Positions 1 through 9,814 of a stretch of DNA of 37,802 bases are shown piece after piece. Position numbers and translations under genes: made by a program. The notes beneath the pieces were generated by a model. It was not told the DNA's origin, ran no database searches, and saw nothing but the letters and a program-made list of their open reading frames with translations. Source of the stretch: Candidatus Onthoplasma faecigallinarum (GTDB taxonomy: Bacteria; Bacillota; Clostridia; Christensenellales; UBA1242); assembly GCA_018715225.1 (NCBI GenBank), contig DVMB01000057.1, forward strand, positions 1 to 37,802, written 5' to 3'. How positions within the stretch are numbered: the stretch's first letter is position 1; the number at the start of each line of letters is the position of its first letter.

Positions 1-1852
<1,852 letters not shown>

Positions 1853-2053
1853 TCTTTTTTCCTTCGATTAATGTTCTTTGGCAAATTACAAATTTGAAAT
1901 TGAAAAATAATATTGATGCTATTACTCTTCGTATTTGTATTTTAAATATGCAGTTGTCATTGTTCTATATCTATATAAGGAAGTGAAGAAATCCACTATT
2001 ATATAGGCATCTTTGTAAGTTTATTTACGTAAACTCACGCTGAATGCATGATA

Positions 2054-2082
2054 AAGATACCACACTTTCAAACTTTTGTCAA
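2054..2082 (-). promoter_or_regulatory. candidate sigma-A promoter (proximal) for the 23S rRNA gene
   Basis: Minus strand reads TTGACA (2082-2077), a 17-nt spacer, then TATCTT (2059-2054). It lies ~195 nt upstream of the inferred mature 23S 5' end. Confidence 0.4.
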
Positions 2083-2190
2083 CGGTTTTTTAAAACTTTT
2101 TTCTAAAATTTTAAAAATTTTTTAACCAAAATTTTGACTTTGTATCGGTTGTAGTAATCTTTTGTGTCTCATTTGATTTGAGACTTTGTT

Positions 2191-2219
2191 AGAATAGCAC
2201 AAAAAAACATTATTGGCAA
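2191..2219 (-). promoter_or_regulatory. candidate sigma-A promoter (distal) for the 23S rRNA gene
   Basis: Minus strand reads TTGCCA (2219-2214), a 17-nt spacer, then TATTCT (2196-2191). An A/T-rich UP-like tract lies just upstream (2220-2280). Confidence 0.35.
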
Positions 2220-2313
2220 GCATTTTCTACAAAAAAATATAAAATTTTACAAATTTTTATAAACTTTTCTATTTTAGCATCTTACCTCAGTCATAAAAAG
2301 ACGCTTTTAGTAT

Positions 2314-2342
2314 AAAAAAACTACTTCGAAAAGTAGTTTTTT
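2314..2342. terminator. bidirectional intrinsic terminator
   Basis: Sequence is AAAAAAA-CTACTT-cgaa-AAGTAG-TTTTTT. On the minus strand it follows the 2440-2871 gene and insulates it from the rRNA promoter region. Confidence 0.7.
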
Positions 2343-2439
2343 GTCTTTTGTGTTTAATCACACTATAAAATTAATTTTATACTTCTGGATATTGTATCTA
2401 TACATTATAAAAGTTTATTAATAACTTACTAATAATCTT

Positions 2440-2871
2440 TTAATAATCTTTTTTATCAAACACTCCAGCCAATATCATTGCTTTTAATTCTGGAGACAAC
2501 CCGTCGAACTGCTCTTTTATAGTTTTGTCCTGTTCTCTACTCTTCTTCGCTGCAAATCTTGCTCGATAAGAGTTGTAGTCTTCTATATCAAAATTTTCCT
2601 TAGATTCGTTCTCCACTCGCTTTGGCTGAGTGATGCGTTTGTGCTTTTCGGTCAAATAACCTTTGAAATCGTCCTCTGTAAATTCTATTGGAGAGGTTGA
2701 CTCTTTTTTCGGCTCGACTTCAACTTTTGCGGGCTCTTGTTGCGGGGGGTTAGTTTCAATCTTTGCGGGTTCTTTCTTGCGAGCCTTTATCTTTTTAGGC
2801 AAAATTATGACCAATGCGACAATTGGAATCAAGCACACCAACACTATTGCTACAATCTCTATTGTTGTCAT
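2440..2871 (-). CDS. N-terminally membrane-anchored charged protein (143 aa), last gene of the nfeD-floA cluster
   Basis: AAGGAG RBS 5 nt upstream of the ATG. One N-terminal TM helix (IVAIVLVCLIPIVALVIIL) is followed by a KKIKARKKEP stretch and a charged tail. Its position after floA resembles the third gene (yqfB) of the B. subtilis yqeZ-yqfA(floA)-yqfB operon as I recall it; homology not verified. Confidence 0.65.
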   Translation of the reverse strand: MTTIEIVAIVLVCLIPIVALVIILPKKIKARKKEPAKIETNPPQQEPAKVEVEPKKESTSPIEFTEDDFKGYLTEKHKRITQPKRVENESKENFDIEDYNSYRARFAAKKSREQDKTIKEQFDGLSPELKAMILAGVFDKKDY

Positions 2872-2892
2872 ACTTTCTCCTTAAATTTTGAA

Positions 2893-3921
2893 CTATCTTT
2901 CTTCGTTCCCGCCACGACCAGTGCTGTTTTTGTTCTTCTCGTTGCTGTTGCCTATAGAATTTCTCATATTGGTATCCGCTACCATATTTTGCAACTTGTA
3001 GTAATCTATCACTCCAAATTTGCCATTTTTCAAAGCCTGAGCCATTGCTTTGTGGACTTCACTCTCAGCAGCAAGCACAATCGCTTTCATCTCTTGCGTC
3101 TTCGCTTTCATTTCTTGTTCAAGTGCTATTGCTTGTGCTTTCCTTTCCTCTGCTGCGGCTTGACCAATTTTCTTTTTCGCTTCCGCATCGTCTATCTTTA
3201 ATCTAGCACCGATGTTTGAACCTATATCAATATCGCAAACATCAATAGATAGAATTTCGTATGATGTTTGTCTGTCAAGATGGTCTTCCAAAATTGTTTT
3301 AGAAATAATAGATGGGTCCGCCATGATTTCTGTATGCGTCTTCGCCTTACCTACAGCAGTAACTATTCCTTCGCCAACACGTGCCAAAATCGTCTCTACG
3401 TCGGCTGTCCCGATCTGCCTATCCAGTCTAGCACGCACGGTTACTTGTGCTATCGCCTTGACCTGTATTCCATTGCCTGCGACTGCTTCTATCCAATTTG
3501 TTTTAATTACTTTTGGAGTAACGCTAGTCTTTACCGCTTCTACGACATCTCTTCCAGCCAAGTCGATCGCCTTCGCTTGTTCTAAGGTCAAATCCATTTT
3601 CGCACTATGTGCTGCTATCAGGGCATCTACAACTTTTTCTATATCCCCACCCGCCATCAAGTGAGTTTCCAACTCGCCAATAGGGACATTTAGACCTGCC
3701 TTTTGTGAAACTATATAAATGTTTACCAATTTTTTATAGTCTACTTTTCGCATCTTCATCCCAATCAATCTAAACATTGAGACATGTGCTCCAGACGCCA
3801 ATGCCCTAAACCAAATATTGATAGGCACAATTATAAGTAGCGCCACGATAATCGCCACTACGCAACCTAATACAATAGTCAATGTAGCCCATAACGGAAA
3901 TAATAACATTGAATTATACAT
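2893..3921 (-). CDS. floA: flotillin-like protein FloA
   Basis: 342 aa. It aligns along its length with remembered B. subtilis FloA/YqfA (e.g. AIDLAGRDVVEAV, VTVRA, ARVGEGIV, EILSIDV.DIDIG.NIGA, AEERKA.A.A.EQEM.A). AAGGAG RBS present. Confidence 0.93.
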   Translation of the reverse strand: MYNSMLLFPLWATLTIVLGCVVAIIVALLIIVPINIWFRALASGAHVSMFRLIGMKMRKVDYKKLVNIYIVSQKAGLNVPIGELETHLMAGGDIEKVVDALIAAHSAKMDLTLEQAKAIDLAGRDVVEAVKTSVTPKVIKTNWIEAVAGNGIQVKAIAQVTVRARLDRQIGTADVETILARVGEGIVTAVGKAKTHTEIMADPSIISKTILEDHLDRQTSYEILSIDVCDIDIGSNIGARLKIDDAEAKKKIGQAAAEERKAQAIALEQEMKAKTQEMKAIVLAAESEVHKAMAQALKNGKFGVIDYYKLQNMVADTNMRNSIGNSNEKNKNSTGRGGNEER

Positions 3922-3944
3922 ACTTTCTCCTTTTATCCTTTCGT

Positions 3945-4460
3945 TTATTCAAACCATTTTCTTACAATGATGGTGTTGTCTTTTATGTCGACCACCTTGA
4001 TATGTGCACCAGACTCAATATATGAATTCATAGACAGCACATCATATACTTTGCCGTTGATCTTTGCTTTTCCGCCCAGATTCAAAACTCCCAATGCACG
4101 GCCAGATTTGCCTATCAATTTTCTAAGTTCTTTATCCGTTTTGTTGTAATCTTGCGATAACGTTGATTTGTTTTCAAATAGTCCTGTCCTTCCCAAAATT
4201 CCATGTTGAGCACTATAAACCATATACATAGCACACACAACAAAGAAGCCTAACACCATAAGAATCAATATTATAGATTGTGTCAAATTCAGCCCCTCGC
4301 AGATTCGCACAATGATGCCCGCCACAATCAGCAGGCTACCAGTGATACCAAAGAAGCCAAACCCTGGTACAAAAACTTCTACCACAATAAACACCAAGCC
4401 TACACACAATAATAATGCAGGTATCCAACCCATATTTGAAAATATTTCTACAAATTCCAT
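3945..4460 (-). CDS. NfeD-family membrane protein (short form: TM helices + C-terminal OB-like domain)
   Basis: 171 aa. Three to four N-terminal TM helices, then a C-terminal GKAKINGKVYDVLS...IKVVDI...IIV beta-rich domain typical of NfeD. It sits directly upstream of floA, the canonical pairing. AAGGAG RBS present. Confidence 0.82.
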   Translation of the reverse strand: MEFVEIFSNMGWIPALLLCVGLVFIVVEVFVPGFGFFGITGSLLIVAGIIVRICEGLNLTQSIILILMVLGFFVVCAMYMVYSAQHGILGRTGLFENKSTLSQDYNKTDKELRKLIGKSGRALGVLNLGGKAKINGKVYDVLSMNSYIESGAHIKVVDIKDNTIIVRKWFE

Positions 4461-4563
4461 ATTTTCTCCTTATATTTGGATTATACAACCAAAACGCCCA
4501 CTCGTCAATACCCTTTCCAAAAAATCTAAAGTAGGGACGAGCGACAAAAAAATAGGTCAAAGC

Positions 4564-4917
4564 CTATTCTTTTGATTGTTTATTAAATTTTTTTGTCACA
4601 GAATTTTTCGCTATCCAAAGCGAAAAGAAGACCACATACCATACAATACTAATAATAATCAATGTCAGTTGCACATTCCCAGACGTAAAAAATGTAGCCA
4701 ACAGAAATCCTACCCCTAAGATAAAAGTAATTGCCATAAATATCTTTATCAATTTGATAGTTTTATTAAATTTTTCTTCCCTTGCCTTCGCCCTGTCCAA
4801 ATCTTCCTGCATCAGCAGGTCCTCTCTAGGCTTGGTATAATCTCTTAGTGGAGCACCACAATTTGAACAGAATTTTCTATCGTTTCGATTCTCTTCGCCA
4901 CATTGACTACAATACAT
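4564..4917 (-). CDS. zinc-ribbon membrane protein
   Basis: MYCSQCG...CSNCGAP is a CxxC...CxxC zinc ribbon; two C-terminal TM helices follow. I moved the start to the ATG at 4917 because the track's TTG start lies inside the GGAGAAGG RBS. Confidence 0.7.
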   Translation of the reverse strand: MYCSQCGEENRNDRKFCSNCGAPLRDYTKPREDLLMQEDLDRAKAREEKFNKTIKLIKIFMAITFILGVGFLLATFFTSGNVQLTLIIISIVWYVVFFSLWIAKNSVTKKFNKQSKE

Positions 4918-5158
4918 ATCCTTCTCCAATTAATACTATTAATAATATAATAATTCTTTTAGTCTAAATTGTCAAATCAATATATCTAATTTAATCATTG
5001 AGCCATATTCACTGACATCCTATTTTATTTATGCGGTATTTTGGTCAGTCTATCAAGTCTTTCAAATCGTGTTGGCTAGTCAAGATATGTCATATTGTAT
5101 GGAAGATAAAGATATGTCAACACGACTTTCATTCTCTTTCCTTTATTTTAGTTTATTC

Positions 5159-5992
5159 TCATTTTATTTTGTTGTCCCGAAAATAGTAGAAAAAATATTG
5201 TTGAGCGTATCCCGACAGATTCTTGTACCTATCTGTCAACTCTCTTGTAATCTTTTTCCTATCCAAGGATACAGTATTGGTCAATTTATTGTAGACTTTG
5301 TTTATCCATGTATCCACAGGAAAAACGTCTTTTACCCCTAGCCCGAACAGCATTATGCAGTTGGCGACCTTTTCCCCTACACCTTTTAGACTCAACAGGA
5401 ATTTTTGTTGTTCGTCTTTGTCCATCAATCTTAATTTGGCGATATCCTCGTCTGTCAATCTCTGCACGGTGTCGTACATCTGCTCTGCCCTATATCCTAG
5501 CCCTGCCGATCTAAAATCATCTATTGACGCCCGCTTTAGTTCCCGCAAGGTAGGAAAAGCAAAATATTCTCCCATATTTTTACCGAAATGCGAGCACAGA
5601 TATTCTATAGATTTCTTTATGCGACCTATGTTGTTGTTGGCAGAGATAATAAAACTGATTAGCATTTCATATACATCATTTTTTATGATCCTTATGCCAT
5701 ACCCATAGTCGACTGCCAATCTCAAAAATTCGTCTTTTCTTAATTCATTTTTTATATATGTATAATCGGTATCTAGATCAAAAAAATTATAAAAATAATC
5801 TATGTCATCACTTTGAATTGTGATTGTTCTTTCATCAAAATTGACCTTTGCTCGTTTGTCTAGCGAATATACTATAGCGGTCTGCCCGTCTATCACGTAC
5901 CTAAAAATTTGACCACAATTAAGCGTCTGTATCACATTGAAATCATCTGGGTCTTTTATCTCAATCTTATCTTTACTTTTAATTATTTTCAT
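5159..5992 (-). CDS. ogg: 8-oxoguanine DNA glycosylase / DNA lyase (Ogg-type HhH-GPD enzyme)
   Basis: 277 aa. HhH-GPD segment LLSLKGVGEKVANCIMLFGLG...FPVDTW includes the Ogg-type lysine (GEK). The N-terminal domain has the size of OGG_N. Confidence 0.82.
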   Translation of the reverse strand: MKIIKSKDKIEIKDPDDFNVIQTLNCGQIFRYVIDGQTAIVYSLDKRAKVNFDERTITIQSDDIDYFYNFFDLDTDYTYIKNELRKDEFLRLAVDYGYGIRIIKNDVYEMLISFIISANNNIGRIKKSIEYLCSHFGKNMGEYFAFPTLRELKRASIDDFRSAGLGYRAEQMYDTVQRLTDEDIAKLRLMDKDEQQKFLLSLKGVGEKVANCIMLFGLGVKDVFPVDTWINKVYNKLTNTVSLDRKKITRELTDRYKNLSGYAQQYFFYYFRDNKIK

Positions 5993-6036
5993 CTGTTACC
6001 TACGAAATTATAATACGACATTTCATAAATAAAAGC

Positions 6037-6064
6037 AAATAAAAAACGAACCCCTCGGTTCGTT
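6037..6064 (-). terminator. intrinsic terminator after the 68-aa ORF
   Basis: Minus strand reads AACGAACC-gagg-GGTTCGTT followed by a T-run. It overlaps the stop codon. Confidence 0.7.
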
Positions 6065-6269
6065 ATTCTTTCATATTTTGCTGGTCATCTTTATTGTTTG
6101 CTTTCTCAACATCAGTGGGCTCTTGAATATTGGCTTGGTTCTTTTCAACAAACTCTTTGATGATCTGTCTATCTTTTTTATCCATCATGACAAATGTAAC
6201 AATCAATGCTACGATTGCCACTGCCAAAACTGCTAAAACAATATACCAACTAGAATATACAAAAAACAT
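6063..6269 (-). CDS. small membrane-anchored protein (68 aa), N-terminal paralogue of the next gene
   Basis: AGGAGAAG RBS. A TM helix is followed by MDKKDRQIIKEFVEKN, which parallels LDRKDKKILADFQEKV in the 313-aa neighbour. Confidence 0.6.
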   Translation of the reverse strand: MFFVYSSWYIVLAVLAVAIVALIVTFVMMDKKDRQIIKEFVEKNQANIQEPTDVEKANNKDDQQNMKE

Positions 6270-6329
6270 ATTCTTCTCCTAAATTTAGTTATATATTATC
6301 AAATTTTTTTGCCATTGTCTAGCAAAATT

Positions 6330-6355
6330 AAAAAAAAAGTCCGTAGCGGACTTTT
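6330..6355 (-). terminator. intrinsic terminator after the 313-aa gene
   Basis: Minus strand reads AAAAGTCCG-cta-CGGACTTTT followed by a T-run. Confidence 0.7.
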
Positions 6356-7295
6356 ATTTTTTTGTAGTCTTCTTTGCCGTTGTCTTTGCTTTTGTAGCAG
6401 TTGTAGACTTTGTAGTAGCGGCTTTGGTTGTGGCAGATTTTGTTGTTGATTTCGTTGTTATTGCCTCAGCTGGTTTTGTAGTTTTTGGTTCAGCTGTTGC
6501 TTTTTTCGTCGTTGTAGATGTTGTCTTTGCACTAGCTGATTTTGTAGTTGAAGAAACTGGTTTTGTGCTTGCAACCTTTGCTGTTTTGCTTGTAGCAGGT
6601 TTTGCTGTCGCTGTTTTAGTCGTTGCTTTGCTTGTAGCAGGTTTTGCTGGAGTTTCTTTTGCTTCTACTTTTGTTTCTGCTGGAGCAGTTTGTTTTTTCG
6701 TTGTAGTCGTTTTCTTTGGCTCTACTTTTGTTGTAGACTTTGCTGTCTTTGTAGCGTCTGCCTTTTTCGTTTCATTATTAGTTGTAGCCGTTTTAGCGTC
6801 TGTTGCCTTTGCTTTTGTTGAAGTTGTTGACTTCACACTAGCGTTCTTTGTTGAAGATTTTGTTGTAGACTTTGTAGTTTTTGCTTCAGCCGGTTTTGTT
6901 GCTTTTGGTTTTTCGTCAACTGCGACAGAAATAGTAGGTTCACTAGCCACAACTGCCTCACTCGCCTTTACTGATTTAGCAGGTGTCTTGCTAGTCTTTG
7001 TGCTTGTTTTAGCACCAGCAGTTTTTGTAGATTTCTTTGTCGTAACTGTAGATGCTGCAACATTGCTTACAGTAGCATCAGCCTCAACTTTCGCTGTTTC
7101 AGCAGAAACCTCTTGCATAGGTGGAACAATATTTTCTTCCATCTGCTCGCTATCTACTGACAAAACTTTTTCTTGGAAATCTGCAAGAATTTTCTTATCC
7201 TTTCTATCCAATAAAACTAATACCACTACCAATGCGATAATAATGGCAACTATGATTAAAACCAACCACCACCAATTATTTGCGATCCAATCCAT
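6354..7295 (-). CDS. membrane-anchored protein with Lys/Thr/Ala-rich low-complexity tail (313 aa)
   Basis: GGGGAG RBS. N-terminal TM helix (WWWLVLIIVAIIIALVVVLVLL) followed by DRKDKK. The rest is repetitive (T/S)TK(S/T)xxK and KPAEA.TTKSTTKS units. Confidence 0.75.
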   Translation of the reverse strand: MDWIANNWWWLVLIIVAIIIALVVVLVLLDRKDKKILADFQEKVLSVDSEQMEENIVPPMQEVSAETAKVEADATVSNVAASTVTTKKSTKTAGAKTSTKTSKTPAKSVKASEAVVASEPTISVAVDEKPKATKPAEAKTTKSTTKSSTKNASVKSTTSTKAKATDAKTATTNNETKKADATKTAKSTTKVEPKKTTTTKKQTAPAETKVEAKETPAKPATSKATTKTATAKPATSKTAKVASTKPVSSTTKSASAKTTSTTTKKATAEPKTTKPAEAITTKSTTKSATTKAATTKSTTATKAKTTAKKTTKK

Positions 7296-7410
7296 AATTT
7301 TCTCCCCTTTTTTTACATATTAATTTTAGCATGAAAAAATTTTTTATACAAATGATTTTAATATATTTTTCTACAAAAAATAACTTTTATCACACTTTTA
7401 TGCCAAAAAA

Positions 7411-7444
7411 GATAAAAAAGAAAAGGCAACTTCGGTTGCCTTTT
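7411..7444 (-). terminator. intrinsic terminator after spoIVA
   Basis: Minus strand reads AAGGCAAC-cgaa-GTTGCCTT followed by TTCTTTTTT. Confidence 0.75.
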
Positions 7445-8921
7445 ACAACAGGATACATAGGATTCCGCCCTTACCCTCGTTGACAATTCGTGTCAGCGTC
7501 CTCCTAAGTTTGTTTTGCAAGTTTTCTGGCATGGATGTAAGTTTTGTGTTCAGTCCATCATTCACCAGACTCTCCAACGATTTTCCAAACATATTCGTCT
7601 GCCAAATACCTTGTGGATTGTTCTCAAATTCTTTCAATAAAAATTTCACCAATTCTTCGCTCTGCTCGTACCCACCCATGATTGGACTAACTTCGGTCTC
7701 GACATTGACTTTCATAATATGTAGCGAAGGTGCTTCTGCTTTTAACTTCACGCCACAGCGTCCGCCCTGTCGAACTATCTCTGGTTCTTTTAGTTCCATC
7801 TCGTCAATACTAGGCATGACGATACCATAACCTGTTTCGTTCACTTGCTCTAGTGCTTTACTCAATTTGTCATATTTCCTTTTTGCTAAGGTTAAATCTT
7901 TTAGGCTATTTATCAATTCATAATCATCTTTTATTTCTGTACCACACTGCTCGCTAAGAACCCTATAGAACAAGCCCTCTTTTGGCATAATTTCAAAAGT
8001 TACGGCACCGGATCCCATCTCTATGTTGCTGTTCAATATTGGTTCAAAACATTGAGAATCTTCAAACAAAATTTTGTTGGTGTCATACTCTCCAATGCGT
8101 CCTGCTTCGCCAATCGCTGAACTGACAGTATCCAATATCTCTTTGATTGTAGGATTTTCTATCGGCAATGGTTTCAGCCATTTTGGGATTCTTATATTCA
8201 CCACTTCTAGTGGAAATTCTTTTAAAATTTCTGTCATAATACTATCTACATTTTCCTTTTTTAATTCATTTACATTCATAGGGAGAACTGGAATATTATA
8301 TTCGTTTTGCAATTTATTTTTTAGTTCAATCACTTTTTCATCTTCTGGGTTTACCGTATTTAGCACGAGGACAAATGGTTTACCTGTAGATTGCAACTGC
8401 TTTATCGTACGCCTCTCAGCCTCTACAAAATTCTCCCTTGGTATCTCGCCAAAACTTCCGTCAGTAGTTACCGCCACCGCAATTGTGGAATGTTCGTTGA
8501 TTACCTTTTCCGTACCTATCACAGCTGCCTGCACGAATGGTATCGCCTCATCGCTCCATGGAGTTTTGACGAGTCTTGGTTTGTCATTATCGTATGCCCC
8601 TGTCGCACCGTCTACCATAAACCCCACAGAGTCAATCAATCTAACTGACATTGTCGTATTGTTGATCTTTATCTTCACTGCCTCATTGGGAACAAACTGT
8701 GGCTTCGTTGTCATGACCATGCTCCCCGCACTCGCCTGTGGCAGTTCGTCGTTGGCACGTGCCCTGTCGTGCTTGTTGGTTATATTATCTAGCACAAAAT
8801 TTTGAATAAACTTTTGAATAAAAGTCGATTTACCACATCTAACCGGACCTACGACTCCAATATAAACATCTCCATTCGTCCTTTTTGCAATGTCCGTGTA
8901 GATGCTAGAATTTTTATCCAT
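7443..8921 (-). CDS. spoIVA: stage IV sporulation protein A (spore-coat basement-layer ATPase)
   Basis: MDKNSSIYTDIAKRTNGDVYIGVVGPVRCGKSTFIQKF is the SpoIVA N-terminus with its Walker A motif. From the ATG at 8921 (GGAGG RBS 5 nt upstream) the product is 492 aa, the length I recall for B. subtilis SpoIVA. The track's longer N-terminal extension is rejected. Confidence 0.93.
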   Translation of the reverse strand: MDKNSSIYTDIAKRTNGDVYIGVVGPVRCGKSTFIQKFIQNFVLDNITNKHDRARANDELPQASAGSMVMTTKPQFVPNEAVKIKINNTTMSVRLIDSVGFMVDGATGAYDNDKPRLVKTPWSDEAIPFVQAAVIGTEKVINEHSTIAVAVTTDGSFGEIPRENFVEAERRTIKQLQSTGKPFVLVLNTVNPEDEKVIELKNKLQNEYNIPVLPMNVNELKKENVDSIMTEILKEFPLEVVNIRIPKWLKPLPIENPTIKEILDTVSSAIGEAGRIGEYDTNKILFEDSQCFEPILNSNIEMGSGAVTFEIMPKEGLFYRVLSEQCGTEIKDDYELINSLKDLTLAKRKYDKLSKALEQVNETGYGIVMPSIDEMELKEPEIVRQGGRCGVKLKAEAPSLHIMKVNVETEVSPIMGGYEQSEELVKFLLKEFENNPQGIWQTNMFGKSLESLVNDGLNTKLTSMPENLQNKLRRTLTRIVNEGKGGILCILL

Positions 8922-8941
8922 CTTTTCCTCCAATCTAAGAT

Positions 8942-8970
8942 AACTTATGAGCGGAACAAAGAAAATATGA
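8942..8970 (-). promoter_or_regulatory. sigma-E-type (mother-cell) promoter candidate for spoIVA
   Basis: Minus strand reads TCATATT (8970-8964), a 14-nt spacer, then CATAAGTT (8949-8942). The remembered B. subtilis sigma-E consensus is (T/G)(A/C)ATA(A/T)(A/T) - 14 nt - CATACA(A/C)T. The -35 matches fully and the -10 matches 5 of 8. Confidence 0.4.
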
Positions 8971-9035
8971 CAACTAAGAACGAATTGGTCCAATACTGAG
9001 ATGCTTTTTATGACAAGCAAAATAATTTATAAAAT

Positions 9036-9062
9036 AAAAAAAAGGATATATTTAATATATCC
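9036..9062 (-). terminator. intrinsic terminator after the lgt operon
   Basis: Minus strand reads GGATATAT-taa-ATATATCC followed by TTTTTTTT. Confidence 0.6.
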
Positions 9063-9193
9063 ATTATTTATTCTAACTTTCAATATCTATTACAATATCT
9101 AATTGCAATATCTATTATATATGTGTTTGTCTAATTATTATGTTGAATTAGAAATTGGCACAGCTTTTCATTTTAGTCTATATATTATATATC

Positions 9194-9814
9194 CTATTCA
9201 ACTGGCTTTTCTCCGTTGGGTTTATTCCCAAGATTAAACACCTTCATTATCTCTTCTAGTTCCATAGTTGGGTGCAGGGCCTCATTAAAATCAAATCCGC
9301 TGGATGAGACATTGTTTATCAATTCGTCAGTAGGTCCGCCCCTCTTCACATCTCCGCCCACCTTCTTGGAATCAAAACAATCAATTATGTTGTGTAGCAG
9401 TTTTTTGATTGGGTCATCTACAACCGGCTTCTTTATGTCAAAATTGATGGAATTGTTATTTTTATCATTGAACTCATTGTACACCATGGACCTAAACTTA
9501 TCGCTAATATCCTTTATTTTCGTATCCTTTTTTAGCTCTGGATAGCGGGCATACAATTCATTTATAATTTGCTCCATCCTCAAATACATAAGCCTACTTC
9601 GTTGAATGTCTAGCAAATACAATTTCTTTCTACTGGCTTCCAATTGATTGGCATGCTCCATGCTCGCTATAATGGCGCTAGAAATAGATTGCTCTTTTTT
9701 CTTGTATTCTTCTATAATTGCTTTTAGGCGTGAAATAGTATTCCTCTGTTCAGCGATTGTCGCTTCTAATGAAGTGATTTTATTGAGCAAATCGTTATCT
9801 TTTTTGTCCATCAT
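9194..9814 (-). CDS. coiled-coil protein, DivIVA-like central segment (tentative)
   Basis: Start set at the ATG at 9814, which overlaps the upstream gene's TGA (ATGA coupling) and has an AGGAG RBS. The product has a long heptad-like N-terminal half (LLNKITSLEATIAEQRNTISRLKAIIEEYKKKEQSISSAII.SMEHANQLE). It lacks a clear DivIVA N-terminal lipid-binding domain. Confidence 0.55.
   Translation of the reverse strand: MMDKKDNDLLNKITSLEATIAEQRNTISRLKAIIEEYKKKEQSISSAIIASMEHANQLEASRKKLYLLDIQRSRLMYLRMEQIINELYARYPELKKDTKIKDISDKFRSMVYNEFNDKNNNSINFDIKKPVVDDPIKKLLHNIIDCFDSKKVGGDVKRGGPTDELINNVSSSGFDFNEALHPTMELEEIMKVFNLGNKPNGEKPVE

Noticed and set aside
1853-2440. Search for a 16S rRNA 3' end, ITS tRNAs (Ile/Ala) or 5S next to the 23S gene
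   Set aside because: Nothing resembling the 16S 3' end (anti-SD CCTCCT context) or a tRNA cloverleaf is present. This negative result forms the unlinked-23S finding.
2663-4149. Plus-strand ORFs 2663-2884, 2737-3201, 3212-3664, 3268-3585 and 3967-4149
   Set aside because: They are antisense to well-supported genes (the 143-aa ORF, floA, nfeD). None has an RBS or a recognisable motif.
6424-7323. 299-aa plus-strand ORF antisense to the Lys/Thr/Ala-rich gene
   Set aside because: It is a mirror artefact of repetitive low-complexity DNA, which encodes Val/Phe/Ala repeats. It has no RBS, whereas the minus-strand frame has an RBS, a TM anchor and a terminator.
7480-8999. Plus-strand ORFs inside spoIVA (7480-7830, 8074-8805, 8391-8648, 8802-8999), and the 33-codon N-terminal extension of spoIVA (8922-9020)
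   Set aside because: The antisense ORFs oppose a confidently identified gene. The extension lacks an RBS and would run through the candidate promoter; the ATG at 8921 has a GGAGG RBS and gives the canonical SpoIVA N-terminus.
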